A DNA stretch of 64,000 bases from Candidatus Bathyarchaeota archaeon (GTDB lineage: Archaea; Thermoproteota; Bathyarchaeia; Bathyarchaeales; Bathycorpusculaceae). The notes under the pieces are model-generated. The model was not told the DNA's origin. It did not search any database and was given only the letters and a program-made list of their open reading frames with translations. A program made the translations under genes and the position numbers. The number at the start of each line of letters is the position of its first letter. Position 1 is the stretch's first letter. The stretch covers positions 32,001 to 96,000 of the forward strand of contig CAVTZU010000011.1 of NCBI GenBank assembly GCA_963739305.1, in the 5' to 3' direction. Positions 19,145 to 28,371 of this stretch are shown here, piece after piece.

Positions 19145-20710
19145 ATGAGCGAGCATGAGAAACTTCAGAAAGCTGTCGAGCTTACTATAGCAGCAGGTTA
19201 CCAACTCAACAAAGACGCTTTTGAGTTCTTGAGCATGCTGCCAACGACGGAAGACCCCGCTTTGTTTATTACCAAAGCAATTCATCAGATCGAAAAACTT
19301 CAAGACAAGCCATTCTTTATCGATAAACAGTTTCTACAAGAACTTGTTTCACCATCAGGTCTCTCGAAGGAAGTGACAAACCAAGAATTAGAAGCTCACG
19401 GAACAGAAGAACGAGAGAGAACTTTAGGTCAGGCAATCACGGGGAAAACGACCTTCCATCCCTACGCAAAGGATATCGAGGCGAACATGAAGGTTCTTGA
19501 AGACCCAGGTTCACAGATAAGTTCAGGCGGTACGATCGAAGATTACGTAAGCTACTTCCAAGACCGATTTAGACAACTTGAGAGACTGTTGAGGCAAAGA
19601 ATGGATGTTAAGAGCGCAGCATCAGTCATGGACGCCATAAAGGCTCAAGCCAGCTCAAGACTCAAGGTCATAGGAATGCTCACTGAAAAAAGAGAATCGA
19701 AGCAGAAGACCTTTCTGACCATCGAAGATCTGAAGGCAAGCACCGTAGTATTGGTGCCGCAAAATGCGTCTCTGGACTTGCAGACAAAGACAAGAAACCT
19801 CTTGCTGGATCAAGTCATATGCATCAGCGTGCTCAAGTCGAGAAGTGGCCTGCTGGTTGCTGAAGATATAACACTGCCAGACATCGCGCAGAAATATCAG
19901 CACAAAGCGTCCGAGCCCATCTACGCAGTTCTCACCTCCGATATGCACGTCGGAAGCAAACTCTTCCTGAGAGATGCATTCCACCGGTTCGTTCTATGGC
20001 TTAATGGCAGATACGGCGACGACAGAACGCGTGACATAGCAAGCCACGTCAAATATGTCCTAATCGCAGGAGATATCGTCGACGGAATTGGCGTCTACCC
20101 AAACCAAGCCAAGGAGCTCGCAATAAAGGACGTCAACAAACAATACAGGCTCGCTGCCAGATACCTAGAGCACATCCCAGACTACATCGAAGTCATAATC
20201 ACACCTGGAAACCACGACGCACCCAGAAAGGCGCTACCCCAACCACCGATAGAAGACGCATACTTGGAGTCACTTGCAGAGACGAGGAAAGTCCACTCGC
20301 TAGGAGACCCCTGTCTGGTAAGCCTGCACGGAGTCGAGATCTTGATGTACCATGGGCGCAGCCTAGACGACGTGATCTCAACCGTGCCGGGAATGAGCCA
20401 CAGCCACCCCGAAAAAGCGATGCGACTGTTGCTTCAGGCACGGCATCTGGCCCCGCTCTACGGCGGAAAAACTCCGTTGTCACCAGAGAAGAGGGACTCT
20501 CTTGTCGTCGACCGGGTGCCGGACATCTTCCATGTAGGACATGTCCACGCCTTGGAATATGCAGCTTACAGGGGGGTTCTCAACGTCAACTCGGGATGTT
20601 GGCAGGAGCGGACAGGATATATGGTCAGGAACGGTTTCACACCCATGCCCGCAAAGGTCCCAGTAGTAAATCTTCAAACTCTAGAAACCACCGTGGTCCC
20701 GTTTGCTTGA
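19145..20710 (+). CDS. polB: DNA polymerase D small (proofreading) subunit DP1
   Basis: OB fold plus phosphoesterase motifs SDMHVGS, AGDIVDG, PGNHD, YHG, GHVH. Confidence 0.95.
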   Translation: MSEHEKLQKAVELTIAAGYQLNKDAFEFLSMLPTTEDPALFITKAIHQIEKLQDKPFFIDKQFLQELVSPSGLSKEVTNQELEAHGTEERERTLGQAITGKTTFHPYAKDIEANMKVLEDPGSQISSGGTIEDYVSYFQDRFRQLERLLRQRMDVKSAASVMDAIKAQASSRLKVIGMLTEKRESKQKTFLTIEDLKASTVVLVPQNASLDLQTKTRNLLLDQVICISVLKSRSGLLVAEDITLPDIAQKYQHKASEPIYAVLTSDMHVGSKLFLRDAFHRFVLWLNGRYGDDRTRDIASHVKYVLIAGDIVDGIGVYPNQAKELAIKDVNKQYRLAARYLEHIPDYIEVIITPGNHDAPRKALPQPPIEDAYLESLAETRKVHSLGDPCLVSLHGVEILMYHGRSLDDVISTVPGMSHSHPEKAMRLLLQARHLAPLYGGKTPLSPEKRDSLVVDRVPDIFHVGHVHALEYAAYRGVLNVNSGCWQERTGYMVRNGFTPMPAKVPVVNLQTLETTVVPFA

Positions 20711-20756
20711 GGGCAACCTTTTTGAGACATTCCAAAAGTCAGAGCCATCGGATGCT

Positions 20757-22007
20757 TCAATGTCTTCTGTCAGGTCTTTTTGAAAGACAACGGGGCTCGT
20801 AAGCCACAAGCCGTCCAAGCCTATTGTCCGCAGTGAAGACATCCCGAATGAGGCTACGTGCTATTTCTAGGCGTATCTTCTTGGTTCGCCCGTACCTCCC
20901 CATACTCACAACCTTCGCGTTCAAAAGGCCCATTGCGTCCAACTCGTTTATCAACGTACTCAAACGCCGTTGAGTCAATGGTGTAATACCTAACTCTCCG
21001 CTCAGTTCGTCATATACATCAAAAATCTCACCTGTAATCGCCCCTCGGGAACTATTTCTGTCAAGATGATAAATGCTCAGCGTCACAAGCTTAGAGTGCA
21101 AAGTGAGGTTGTTCAAGGCTTCCACAACACGATTGTGCTCAATGTGTTTCTCGGCTTCGCGAACATGCTCCTCTGTAACAACGTTCCCTCCCTTCCGCTC
21201 AGCCACTTCGCCAGCGACGCGCAGAAGATCTAAGGCTCGTCGTGCATCTCCGTGTTCTGCTGCCGCAAGAGCCGCACAAAGACCGAGTGCAGCATCAGAT
21301 AATGCATTCTCGAGGAAAGCAGCGCCCGCGCGTTCAGCAAGAATGTTCCGCAACTCGTCCGCGTCATAAGGCCTAAAAACCATCTCTTCCTCACTTAACG
21401 AACTGAGAACCCTTGGATCCAAGAACTCCTTTAGCCGTAAATCATTAGATATGCCTATGAGAGTCACCTTGCTTTTCTTAAGAACTTCGTTCATTCTAGT
21501 CAGCTCATATAGCAGACCGTCTCCACACGTCCTGATCAAAGCGTCAGCTTCATCTAAAACCACCATGAAAACTACACCAGAGACTTCTAGGCCAACCTTG
21601 AACCTGTCAAACACTTCTCCAACGGAGAGCCCAGTGAAAGGGACGTTTACGCCTAAAGCTTGGCACATGCTAGCAAAGGTGCGATATTCAGAGCCAGCTA
21701 AGCGGCAGTTCACGTAGCATAATTTGATGGGTGCACCGAACTCCTTGGCCTTGAATTCCAGGCGACCCAGCACGTACTTGACCACTGCTGTCTTTCCAGT
21801 ACCTGTTTTTCCGTAGATGAGAACATTGGAGCTTCTTGCCCCCTTGAGCAGTGGAGCTACTTTCTCACCAAGCTGCCTAATCTGATCTTCCCTATGAGGT
21901 AACCTACTTGGAAGATAGTCGTGACGCAACACCTCGCGATCCTTGAAAATCCTCACGTTGCTAACGAACTTGTCAAATACATCATCAAGTAAAGCAGGAT
22001 CGGTCAT
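20757..22007 (-). CDS. cdc6: Cdc6/Orc1 replication initiator
   Basis: YGKTGTGKT Walker A, LDEAD Walker B, HGDARRALDLLR, C-terminal wHTH GRYGRTK. Confidence 0.96.
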   Translation of the reverse strand: MTDPALLDDVFDKFVSNVRIFKDREVLRHDYLPSRLPHREDQIRQLGEKVAPLLKGARSSNVLIYGKTGTGKTAVVKYVLGRLEFKAKEFGAPIKLCYVNCRLAGSEYRTFASMCQALGVNVPFTGLSVGEVFDRFKVGLEVSGVVFMVVLDEADALIRTCGDGLLYELTRMNEVLKKSKVTLIGISNDLRLKEFLDPRVLSSLSEEEMVFRPYDADELRNILAERAGAAFLENALSDAALGLCAALAAAEHGDARRALDLLRVAGEVAERKGGNVVTEEHVREAEKHIEHNRVVEALNNLTLHSKLVTLSIYHLDRNSSRGAITGEIFDVYDELSGELGITPLTQRRLSTLINELDAMGLLNAKVVSMGRYGRTKKIRLEIARSLIRDVFTADNRLGRLVAYEPRCLSKRPDRRH

Positions 22008-22336
22008 AGCTACACATCTCAGAGTTCAGGAGTAACAGCACTTCTTCCTGTGGAGGACATAACACCTGTCGTACAGAAATCTAAATTTCGAACACGATAT
22101 TCCTAAAGGTAAGTGACTTCTCAATTGGAACCTGCAAAACAGAATGGACACACACCACCGCTTCGAGTGGAAATCTGTATCTATCTGAAGAATAATGTTG
22201 ATTCCTTCTGTTTAGAAGAAATATACTCCGTTTGGTAATAGTATCGAACGTATTATAATCATTATCCTTAAACATTTTAGAGGTATTCAAGAAAACTTCA
22301 ACACTTAAGCAAGAATTAACACAGTTCAACACACCT

Positions 22337-22358
22337 GTTCCACCGGAAACATAGGGGT
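22337..22358 (+). promoter_or_regulatory. Origin recognition box (ORB)
   Basis: GTTCCACCGGAAACATAGGGGT fits the ORB consensus GTTCCAGTGGAAAC-AAAGGGG. Confidence 0.88.
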
Positions 22359-22593
22359 GCCGCGCTCCGAACAATAACATACGAATATCCTTCTCTGGCC
22401 AGCTCTACAATATGCCTGAGTCTTCATTCTAGGCGTGAGTTCCTCCCATCAATGACACACCTCCGGTGACGTTTGCGCAGCTTTTCTTTTCACTAATCGC
22501 GAACGTCGTGTGAAATTGACTTCTTAATGTCTCTAGACGGGCTCCTTTTCTGATTCTATGCCGCCCTTTATGCCTCTCCACTGTGAATAGCTC

Positions 22594-22615
22594 ACCCCTA
22601 CGCTTCTACTGGAGA
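22594..22615 (-). promoter_or_regulatory. Origin recognition box (ORB), inverted copy
   Basis: Minus strand TCTCCAGTAGAAGCGTAGGGGT; G-string faces the first ORB. Confidence 0.8.
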
Positions 22616-22814
22616 TTCCAATTAGAATGCAGCCTGCTCTTGTTTTTCCCTTTCAGAGGAGCTGTTACATATGTAATGGGGAAAGAACTGGAAAGAGGGT
22701 TCGCTGGGTCATTTGAAGCTCAGTTTGATGCTTCCCTGGAGGCACTATTCACCAAAACAGCTATAACCTTTGAACTGTGAAATTGTAAACAACAGATCTA
22801 GGTGCTGCCAACCG

Positions 22815-23246
22815 ATGCCTACAAGGAAAATGCGCGTCGAACTGTTTGACGGCGAAGGCAACCGCTATTCGATAAGCTTTCAGGGACAGATTACCAGAGA
22901 TAAGGCCCTACGTCTGCTTGACCTGGTTGAACTCTTGGGCGGAGTCCCAACCGGGGGGAGCAACCCAAGCACCGCGTCTCCTTCTCCAGCCTTCGAATTA
23001 ACAAAGTTCGAACGAATGAGGACTATGGTTGTTAGGCACTTCCCTTTGGTATGGTTTTCGTCGAGAGAGGTCCAATCGGTTTTTGAGCAGGAATATAAAG
23101 AACCGATTGCCCTAAGCACCGTTGCCACTTATCTGGCAAGAATGGCGGCCAAGGGGCTCGTCTTGAAGACAGGTCCCAGTAACAGCCTGAAGTACAAGGT
23201 TGCAACGAATGTTACCCGTGCGGCCCTAGAACAACATGTACCATAA
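22815..23246 (+). CDS. Uncharacterised protein: small N-terminal domain plus C-terminal wHTH
   Basis: WFSSREVQSVFEQEYKEPIALSTVATYLARMAAKGLV...YKV wHTH pattern; start reassigned to ATG 22815. Confidence 0.8.
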   Translation: MPTRKMRVELFDGEGNRYSISFQGQITRDKALRLLDLVELLGGVPTGGSNPSTASPSPAFELTKFERMRTMVVRHFPLVWFSSREVQSVFEQEYKEPIALSTVATYLARMAAKGLVLKTGPSNSLKYKVATNVTRAALEQHVP

Positions 23247-23271
23247 ACTTTGCAATCAAAGCTTTAGAATG

Positions 23272-23994
23272 TCAGGTTGTTTGACTTTCCGTTTTCCTTA
23301 GGAACTTTTCCATTTCTTTCTTGACGCTGTACTTGAATGGGATCTTGCTGGTGTCTCTTTCCAAGTAGCCCTCTTCGTATAATTTCTTCATCAGACGCGC
23401 TGTGTGTTCTCTGCTTAGCTTCACGTGTTCTTTGATCTCAGGTGCCGTTTTTGGCCCCTCAGAGGCAAGCAACTCTAAGGCAGACAGCTCGGTTTCTGTA
23501 AGTTGCGCTATTGCCTTGTCCTTTCTCATGGGGATGACAGCTTCGAAACTTGCTTCGGGGACAGCGGGCAACTGGGTCGCTTTCTGCTCGAGTTCGGACA
23601 GTTTGACCTTGAGGGCGTCCTGTGACGTGGCGAGGTCACGCAAATTCTTCTCCGTAATATCCAAGCGAGAAACAGCGGATGTTCTGCCGTCATTTTCTGC
23701 CTGAACTTTAGCCTCTAGGTCGCCCATGCGTTTCTCGACACCTTTTGCAATGTCAAGAGTGCTTCCTGCCTTTGAGGCGATAGTCTCCACCTTGTACGCT
23801 ACGATTTCAAGCTTGTCGCCTTCGCGTTTGAATTGCCTGTTGAAGCTCAAGACGATGTCCTCGACGGCCATTTTGGCCTTCTCAAACTCCTTCTGAGCAC
23901 GGCGGAGATATCTGTAATACTCGATGGCTGCGAAAACCGTTACTGCTGCTAAGCAAGTCACGAGGGCCAGGATCAATTCATCCAAGTGTATCAC
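23272..23994 (-). CDS. Membrane-anchored coiled-coil protein with C-terminal wHTH
   Basis: N-terminal TM helix, heptad-rich middle, LTETELSALELL...SREHTARLMKKLYEEGYLER...PFKY. Confidence 0.85.
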   Translation of the reverse strand: MIHLDELILALVTCLAAVTVFAAIEYYRYLRRAQKEFEKAKMAVEDIVLSFNRQFKREGDKLEIVAYKVETIASKAGSTLDIAKGVEKRMGDLEAKVQAENDGRTSAVSRLDITEKNLRDLATSQDALKVKLSELEQKATQLPAVPEASFEAVIPMRKDKAIAQLTETELSALELLASEGPKTAPEIKEHVKLSREHTARLMKKLYEEGYLERDTSKIPFKYSVKKEMEKFLRKTESQTT

Positions 23995-24120
23995 CTGTGA
24001 TACATACGTGATTAGTTGTGACCTTTGTCACGTTGCATCACAGATCACATCTTGACGGTTGGGAATATAAAATTTACGGTAGAGTCCATGAAATCTGAGA
24101 ACCATGACGTCACGCGTCAC
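23987..24120. repeat. GTGA/TCAC motif array, 10-bp phased, including a perfect 8-2-8 inverted repeat
   Basis: TGTATCAC-CT-GTGATACA at 23987-24004; cores at 23997, 24008, 24018, 24028, 24038; ATGACGTCAC at 24104. Confidence 0.75.
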
Positions 24121-24279
24121 AGTCTGACGGCAAATTCGATTGTCTGACCTCGCTTATGGGTATTCAGAGATAAGGCTATTTGCTGCCATTGTTTTCAATT
24201 ATAGGCATATTTGCTGGCTTCTTGCGCGTGGTTTGTGAGGTACCTGAGAAAATATGATTTTGTGGTGTGATTTGTGATG

Positions 24280-24768
24280 TCACAATTGGCTTTCAGATGG
24301 ACTGGATAGCTGTTTTAGACTTGTTTCAAGCTCCTCTCTGAGCAATTCAATGACCTTGACGCGCTCGCTTTGTTCTGTGGGTGCGTTGGGTATGTTCCTA
24401 TAGGCCTCTAAGTATGTCTTCAGTTTGTTGGCGATTTCCAGGTAGGGGTCGAGAGTTGTGCTCTCGAAGACTCCTAAGTACCCCAGAAGTATGACGGTAT
24501 AAATGGATTTTATGACATTGTCCTTTGCCTGTTTTAATGTCCTGTTAAAGGATCCGCGGCTTATTTTGGCCTTTGTTAGCCTTAAGCTGGCTTTCTCGTC
24601 GTATTTCAACGATTTGCCAGCCAATTGCTCGGATAATATGTCAATGAGGAGCGTCTCGAGCTGTGTTTTCGTTAAATGGCTGCTTGAGGCGATGATTTTG
24701 GCAACGGGGTCGTTAATGGAGCTTGTCAGCCAAGATTGAACACTTTCTTTAAGCCTCAAGTCGCTCAC
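24280..24768 (-). CDS. Uncharacterised protein with probable HTH
   Basis: LTKTQLETL...KISRGSFNRTLKQAKDNV resembles a sigma-r4/Tfx-type HTH. Confidence 0.75.
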   Translation of the reverse strand: MSDLRLKESVQSWLTSSINDPVAKIIASSSHLTKTQLETLLIDILSEQLAGKSLKYDEKASLRLTKAKISRGSFNRTLKQAKDNVIKSIYTVILLGYLGVFESTTLDPYLEIANKLKTYLEAYRNIPNAPTEQSERVKVIELLREELETSLKQLSSPSESQL

Positions 24769-25264
24769 CTGTGGGGACTATGCAAATGGATACGGTTCTG
24801 TATACGGGCTCGGCTTTTAAGGCCTTCGGATTCTTAATGCCAGGGATTGGTGCCGGCTGGAGAGGGGGGTATTGGGCTCTTTGTGCGGTGAATGGCTGTC
24901 AGGACCGACGATCGGGCGTAAGAGGCGCGGAGAGTGGTGGAAATTGGCGAATAGGGAAGGAATGGGTCGTGATGACGCTTGACCTAGAATTCAGAGTCAC
25001 ATCACTTCAGTTGTTAATGAAAGAGAGTGAGTCAATTTTTGGGTAAAGATGAAGTGTGGAGAAGACTGGGCAGGACGTGGTGCAAACCATGTTATGAAAC
25101 GAGGTGATTAGCGTGTCTTTGGCGTGCGCATCGGAAAGGATCATGTGTTGACGACGTTACAGGTCGCATCATGAATCAATGTTGATGCGTGAAGTGGGAG
25201 AATCTGTGTGGTGAACGGATTTCGTGATACGACTGAAGCGTCGTTTGATTCTTTGCGTTGCATC

Positions 25265-25370
25265 GTGACGTCACTTGTCACAAGTAAGATCACGTGTGAC
25301 GCTTTCGCGTTGACGAATTCTTCATGTTGGTGTGATGTGATTGTGATTCGACGCCCGATCACAAACGTCA
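25265..25370. repeat. Second GTGA/TCAC motif array
   Basis: Perfect palindrome GTGACGTCAC at 25265; nine GTGA/TCAC cores in about 100 bp. Confidence 0.75.
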
Positions 25371-25432
25371 ACTTTGATTGAAGTTGTTACTATCGCTGCA
25401 GAAAGACTGTTCAAAGGCTGAGATTCCGGGTT

Positions 25433-26266
25433 CTACAGTTCTTCGGCCAACCTTCTAAGTTTGTCAAACAACTCCGGTCTCAAGTCCTTAAGTGTTGGGA
25501 CGAAGGCTTCGACGGATCTTATGTCCGTGTAATCAACCTCGTGAACTACGAAGTCCTCTTCATCATACCTAGCCTGGACGAGTGGTCTTCCGTTGGGACC
25601 CAGTAGTCTGCTTCCGCCCCAAAACTGCAAGCCATCCTGAACGCCGACGAGGTTGACAAAAGCCAAAAACGCGGTGTTCTCCATGGCTCTTGCAGCTGTA
25701 AGTACTTCAAAGAAACCCCGACGGATTGTAGGCGAAGCTGAGATACAGATAATGAACTGAGCGCCTTCCAGCCTCTCGCATCTTGTCACCTCGGGAAAAT
25801 AGATGTCGTAGCATATCATGAGGCCTATCCTTCCAAGGTCGGTGGAGAATACTGCAGGCTGGTACCCAGGGCGGAAGTATCTCTTCTCTTCGAAAACGCT
25901 GTGTGTTGGTAGATACATCTTACGGTACTTTCCAACAAGGCCCTTTGGGCTTACCAGGACTGATGTATTGTGGAGCGTTGCTTGAGTGTTCTTACTAAGT
26001 TCAGGCATGCCAAAAACCACGTGAAGTCCTGTTTTCCTCGCGATTTTCTCCACGCGTTCCGTTGATTTTCCAGGGATTTCTTCCGCGAGTTCGAAGATTT
26101 GATCTCTGACCACGTAGCCAGTCAGAGAGAGTTCGGGAAGAATCAGCAGTTTAGCTCCTTGTTTCTGGGCCCTGGCCGCGGCCTTCTCGAACTTTCTCAA
26201 ATTTGCCTCTTTGTCACAAGGTTTGCTTTCAATCTGGGCTAGAGCGACGCCGAACTTGTCTTTCAA
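25433..26266 (-). CDS. Carbon-nitrogen hydrolase (nitrilase family), likely glutaminase partner of NadE
   Basis: E-K-C triad (LPEL, YRKMYLP, ICYD); 9 bp downstream of nadE. Confidence 0.88.
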   Translation of the reverse strand: MKDKFGVALAQIESKPCDKEANLRKFEKAAARAQKQGAKLLILPELSLTGYVVRDQIFELAEEIPGKSTERVEKIARKTGLHVVFGMPELSKNTQATLHNTSVLVSPKGLVGKYRKMYLPTHSVFEEKRYFRPGYQPAVFSTDLGRIGLMICYDIYFPEVTRCERLEGAQFIICISASPTIRRGFFEVLTAARAMENTAFLAFVNLVGVQDGLQFWGGSRLLGPNGRPLVQARYDEEDFVVHEVDYTDIRSVEAFVPTLKDLRPELFDKLRRLAEEL

Positions 26267-26275
26267 ACATATCCC

Positions 26276-27127
26276 TCAGGTTGTATGGTTTGGGTCTCTT
26301 CGAAGTCTGAAGTCAGTACCGATTGTTCGATATTCAAGCTTTGCTGTCAATAACACTCTTCTCTTGTGCTCCGCAGAGAGCCAGGTTTGCTTTACCTTTT
26401 TGACGATTCGTGGCTCAATTCTGAGTTGGGCTCCTATCTCCTCTTCCTTCATGAAATGTTCGAGTCCATAGAGAATTAGATCAAGCTGCTCATAAGGCAT
26501 GCCGAGCTCGTCCTCTGCGAGCTGGTTCGGCCACAGAGCCGGGGACGACGGTTTCTTGATGATCGCCCTGGGAATTTGCATGTGGCCTGCGAGGTTTCTG
26601 ACTTGGGTCTTGTACAGATCCATTATTGGCGAGATGTCCGCGGCAACGTCTCCCCATTTTGTGAAGTATCCCATCATCGATTCTGACTTGTCTGAGCTTC
26701 CACACACGATTCGTCTAAGCCTGTTTGCATAGTAGTAGTTGTAAATCATTCTAGCTCTTGCTTTTATGTTGCCTTTGCTCAGTTTGTCCGCAGGATCGAA
26801 TATGCGAATAGTCTTGTAGAGTCCTTCTAGGGAAGCTGTGATGTCTATGCTTTCTGTCTTCAGTTTGAATTTTCTGGCCGCGAGCGTTGCGTGGTGAACG
26901 TCTATTGTGCTGCGGGTTTCGTTTTCGAACAACATGAGCCCAAGGACTCGTCCTCCTCCTATTGCTTTGGCTGACAGAGCAGCGACAGTGCAACTGTCGA
27001 TTCCGCCTGATAGCCCCAGGACAATTCCAGCAGCTCCTGTCTTCTGAACGTAGTCCTTTATGAACCGAAGTATCCTTGTTTCCACTTCGGGCATGTTCAT
27101 GCGTAGAACATCAGGCGTTAGCTTCAT
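26276..27127 (-). CDS. nadE: NAD+ synthetase (NH3-dependent, single domain)
   Basis: GLSGGIDS, NIKARARM, GYFTKWGD, SAEHKR. Confidence 0.95.
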   Translation of the reverse strand: MKLTPDVLRMNMPEVETRILRFIKDYVQKTGAAGIVLGLSGGIDSCTVAALSAKAIGGGRVLGLMLFENETRSTIDVHHATLAARKFKLKTESIDITASLEGLYKTIRIFDPADKLSKGNIKARARMIYNYYYANRLRRIVCGSSDKSESMMGYFTKWGDVAADISPIMDLYKTQVRNLAGHMQIPRAIIKKPSSPALWPNQLAEDELGMPYEQLDLILYGLEHFMKEEEIGAQLRIEPRIVKKVKQTWLSAEHKRRVLLTAKLEYRTIGTDFRLRRDPNHTT

Positions 27128-27224
27128 GGGTTCCGACTTCCAGATGTTTTATGGTCGTCGGCAACTATTTAAGGTCAAATGCAAATATGAATTCGAGAAT
27201 TTCAACCCTTGGAAGGACCTAGAC

Positions 27225-27500
27225 ATGGGGAGACGAAGGAAAAAGGTTGTACGCATCCCTAAGAAGCATTTGCCAAAGTTCTATCCATGCCCTAGGTGCG
27301 GGAAGGAAACGGTGAGAGTGGAGATCGTTCGAGACGAAGGTAACGCCATGGTGGGATGCGGGAGCTGTGGGTTGAAGGAGCAGTTTCCTGTGAAGCCGGC
27401 GCAGGGTGAAGTCGATGTTTATTGTATGTTCACTGACAAGATATACGGGCGGCCCAGGGCACCATCTGCGCCCGCGGTTAAAGGCGGACGGCTAGGTTGA
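27225..27500 (+). CDS. elf1: Transcription elongation factor Elf1 homolog
   Basis: MGRRRKK...LPKFYPCPRCG...CGSCG...VDVYCMFTD; start reassigned to ATG 27225. Confidence 0.85.
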   Translation: MGRRRKKVVRIPKKHLPKFYPCPRCGKETVRVEIVRDEGNAMVGCGSCGLKEQFPVKPAQGEVDVYCMFTDKIYGRPRAPSAPAVKGGRLG

Positions 27501-28258
27501 TGTTGATGGAAGGCAACGTTGAGAAATACCTTCTCGGCAAGATTGAGTCCGAAGGCTCTATTCATATAACGCTTATAGATCCCGAGGAGGTCACTCCTCC
27601 ACAGGCATCAAAGATTGCTCGTAGAGCAAGAGCAAGTGAAACCTCCGCCATTATGATCGGAGGTTCGACGTTTGTGTCTTCGGCTCATTTAGACGACGTT
27701 GTTAAGACTGTTAAGCGGACCGTGAAGATTCCGATTATCCTTTTCCCTAACAATGTTACGGGAATCAGTCGGTACGCGGACGCCATCTGGTTTATGTCGC
27801 TCTTGAACTCGGTCGATCCATACTTTATTATGGGGGCTCAGATTCTAGGTGCGCCGCTTGTAAGGAAGTACGGTTTGGAGCCTCTTCCAATGGGGTACAT
27901 CATCGTGGGCGAAGGCGGCACAGCTGGTGTGGTTGGCAAGGCTATTCCGATTCCACACAATAAACCCGAGTTGGCGGCCGCACATGCCTTGGCAGGACAG
28001 TACTTGGGCATGCGGTTCATCTATTTGGAAGCTGGATCCGGTGCGAAGAATCCTGTTTCTCCAGACATGATCAGAACTGTAAAACGTTGTATTGATGTTC
28101 CTTTGATCGTTGGCGGCGGCATAAGGTCCAGGGAGCAAGCCTTGGCTGCAGCATCGGCAGGCGCGGACGTAATCGTTACTGGAAACGTGGTTGAAGAAAC
28201 AGGGATCAGACGAAAGGTCTCAGAGATCATTGAAGGCATAAGGCGCGGAAGAACGTAG
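27497..28258 (+). CDS. Geranylgeranylglyceryl phosphate synthase
   Basis: HITLIDP, MIGGST, ILFP, YLEAGSGA, VGGGIR, VTGN. Confidence 0.93.
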   Translation: MMLMEGNVEKYLLGKIESEGSIHITLIDPEEVTPPQASKIARRARASETSAIMIGGSTFVSSAHLDDVVKTVKRTVKIPIILFPNNVTGISRYADAIWFMSLLNSVDPYFIMGAQILGAPLVRKYGLEPLPMGYIIVGEGGTAGVVGKAIPIPHNKPELAAAHALAGQYLGMRFIYLEAGSGAKNPVSPDMIRTVKRCIDVPLIVGGGIRSREQALAAASAGADVIVTGNVVEETGIRRKVSEIIEGIRRGRT

Positions 28259-28371
28259 AAGACTGCCGCCCTGTTTTGTGTACAAATCAAATGTGCCAGA
28301 AGATCTCCTAGACTTTTCTTTTGATTTGTTTCTGTTAGAATACAGAAATAAGCTGGATCAACGAAAAGGAG

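Larger units (their letters stand above)
22008..22770. other. Chromosomal replication origin (oriC)
   Basis: Long intergenic region upstream of cdc6 with inverted ORBs, several mini-ORB-like cores and an AT-rich tract (~22190-22330). Confidence 0.88.

Noticed and set aside
22081-22780. ORFs 22081-22380 and 22583-22780
   Set aside because: They overlap ORBs and the AT-rich origin and have no protein-like features.
24771-25371. ORFs 24771-25046 and 25141-25371
   Set aside because: Composition is driven by the GTGA/TCAC motifs, with no convincing SD or domain.
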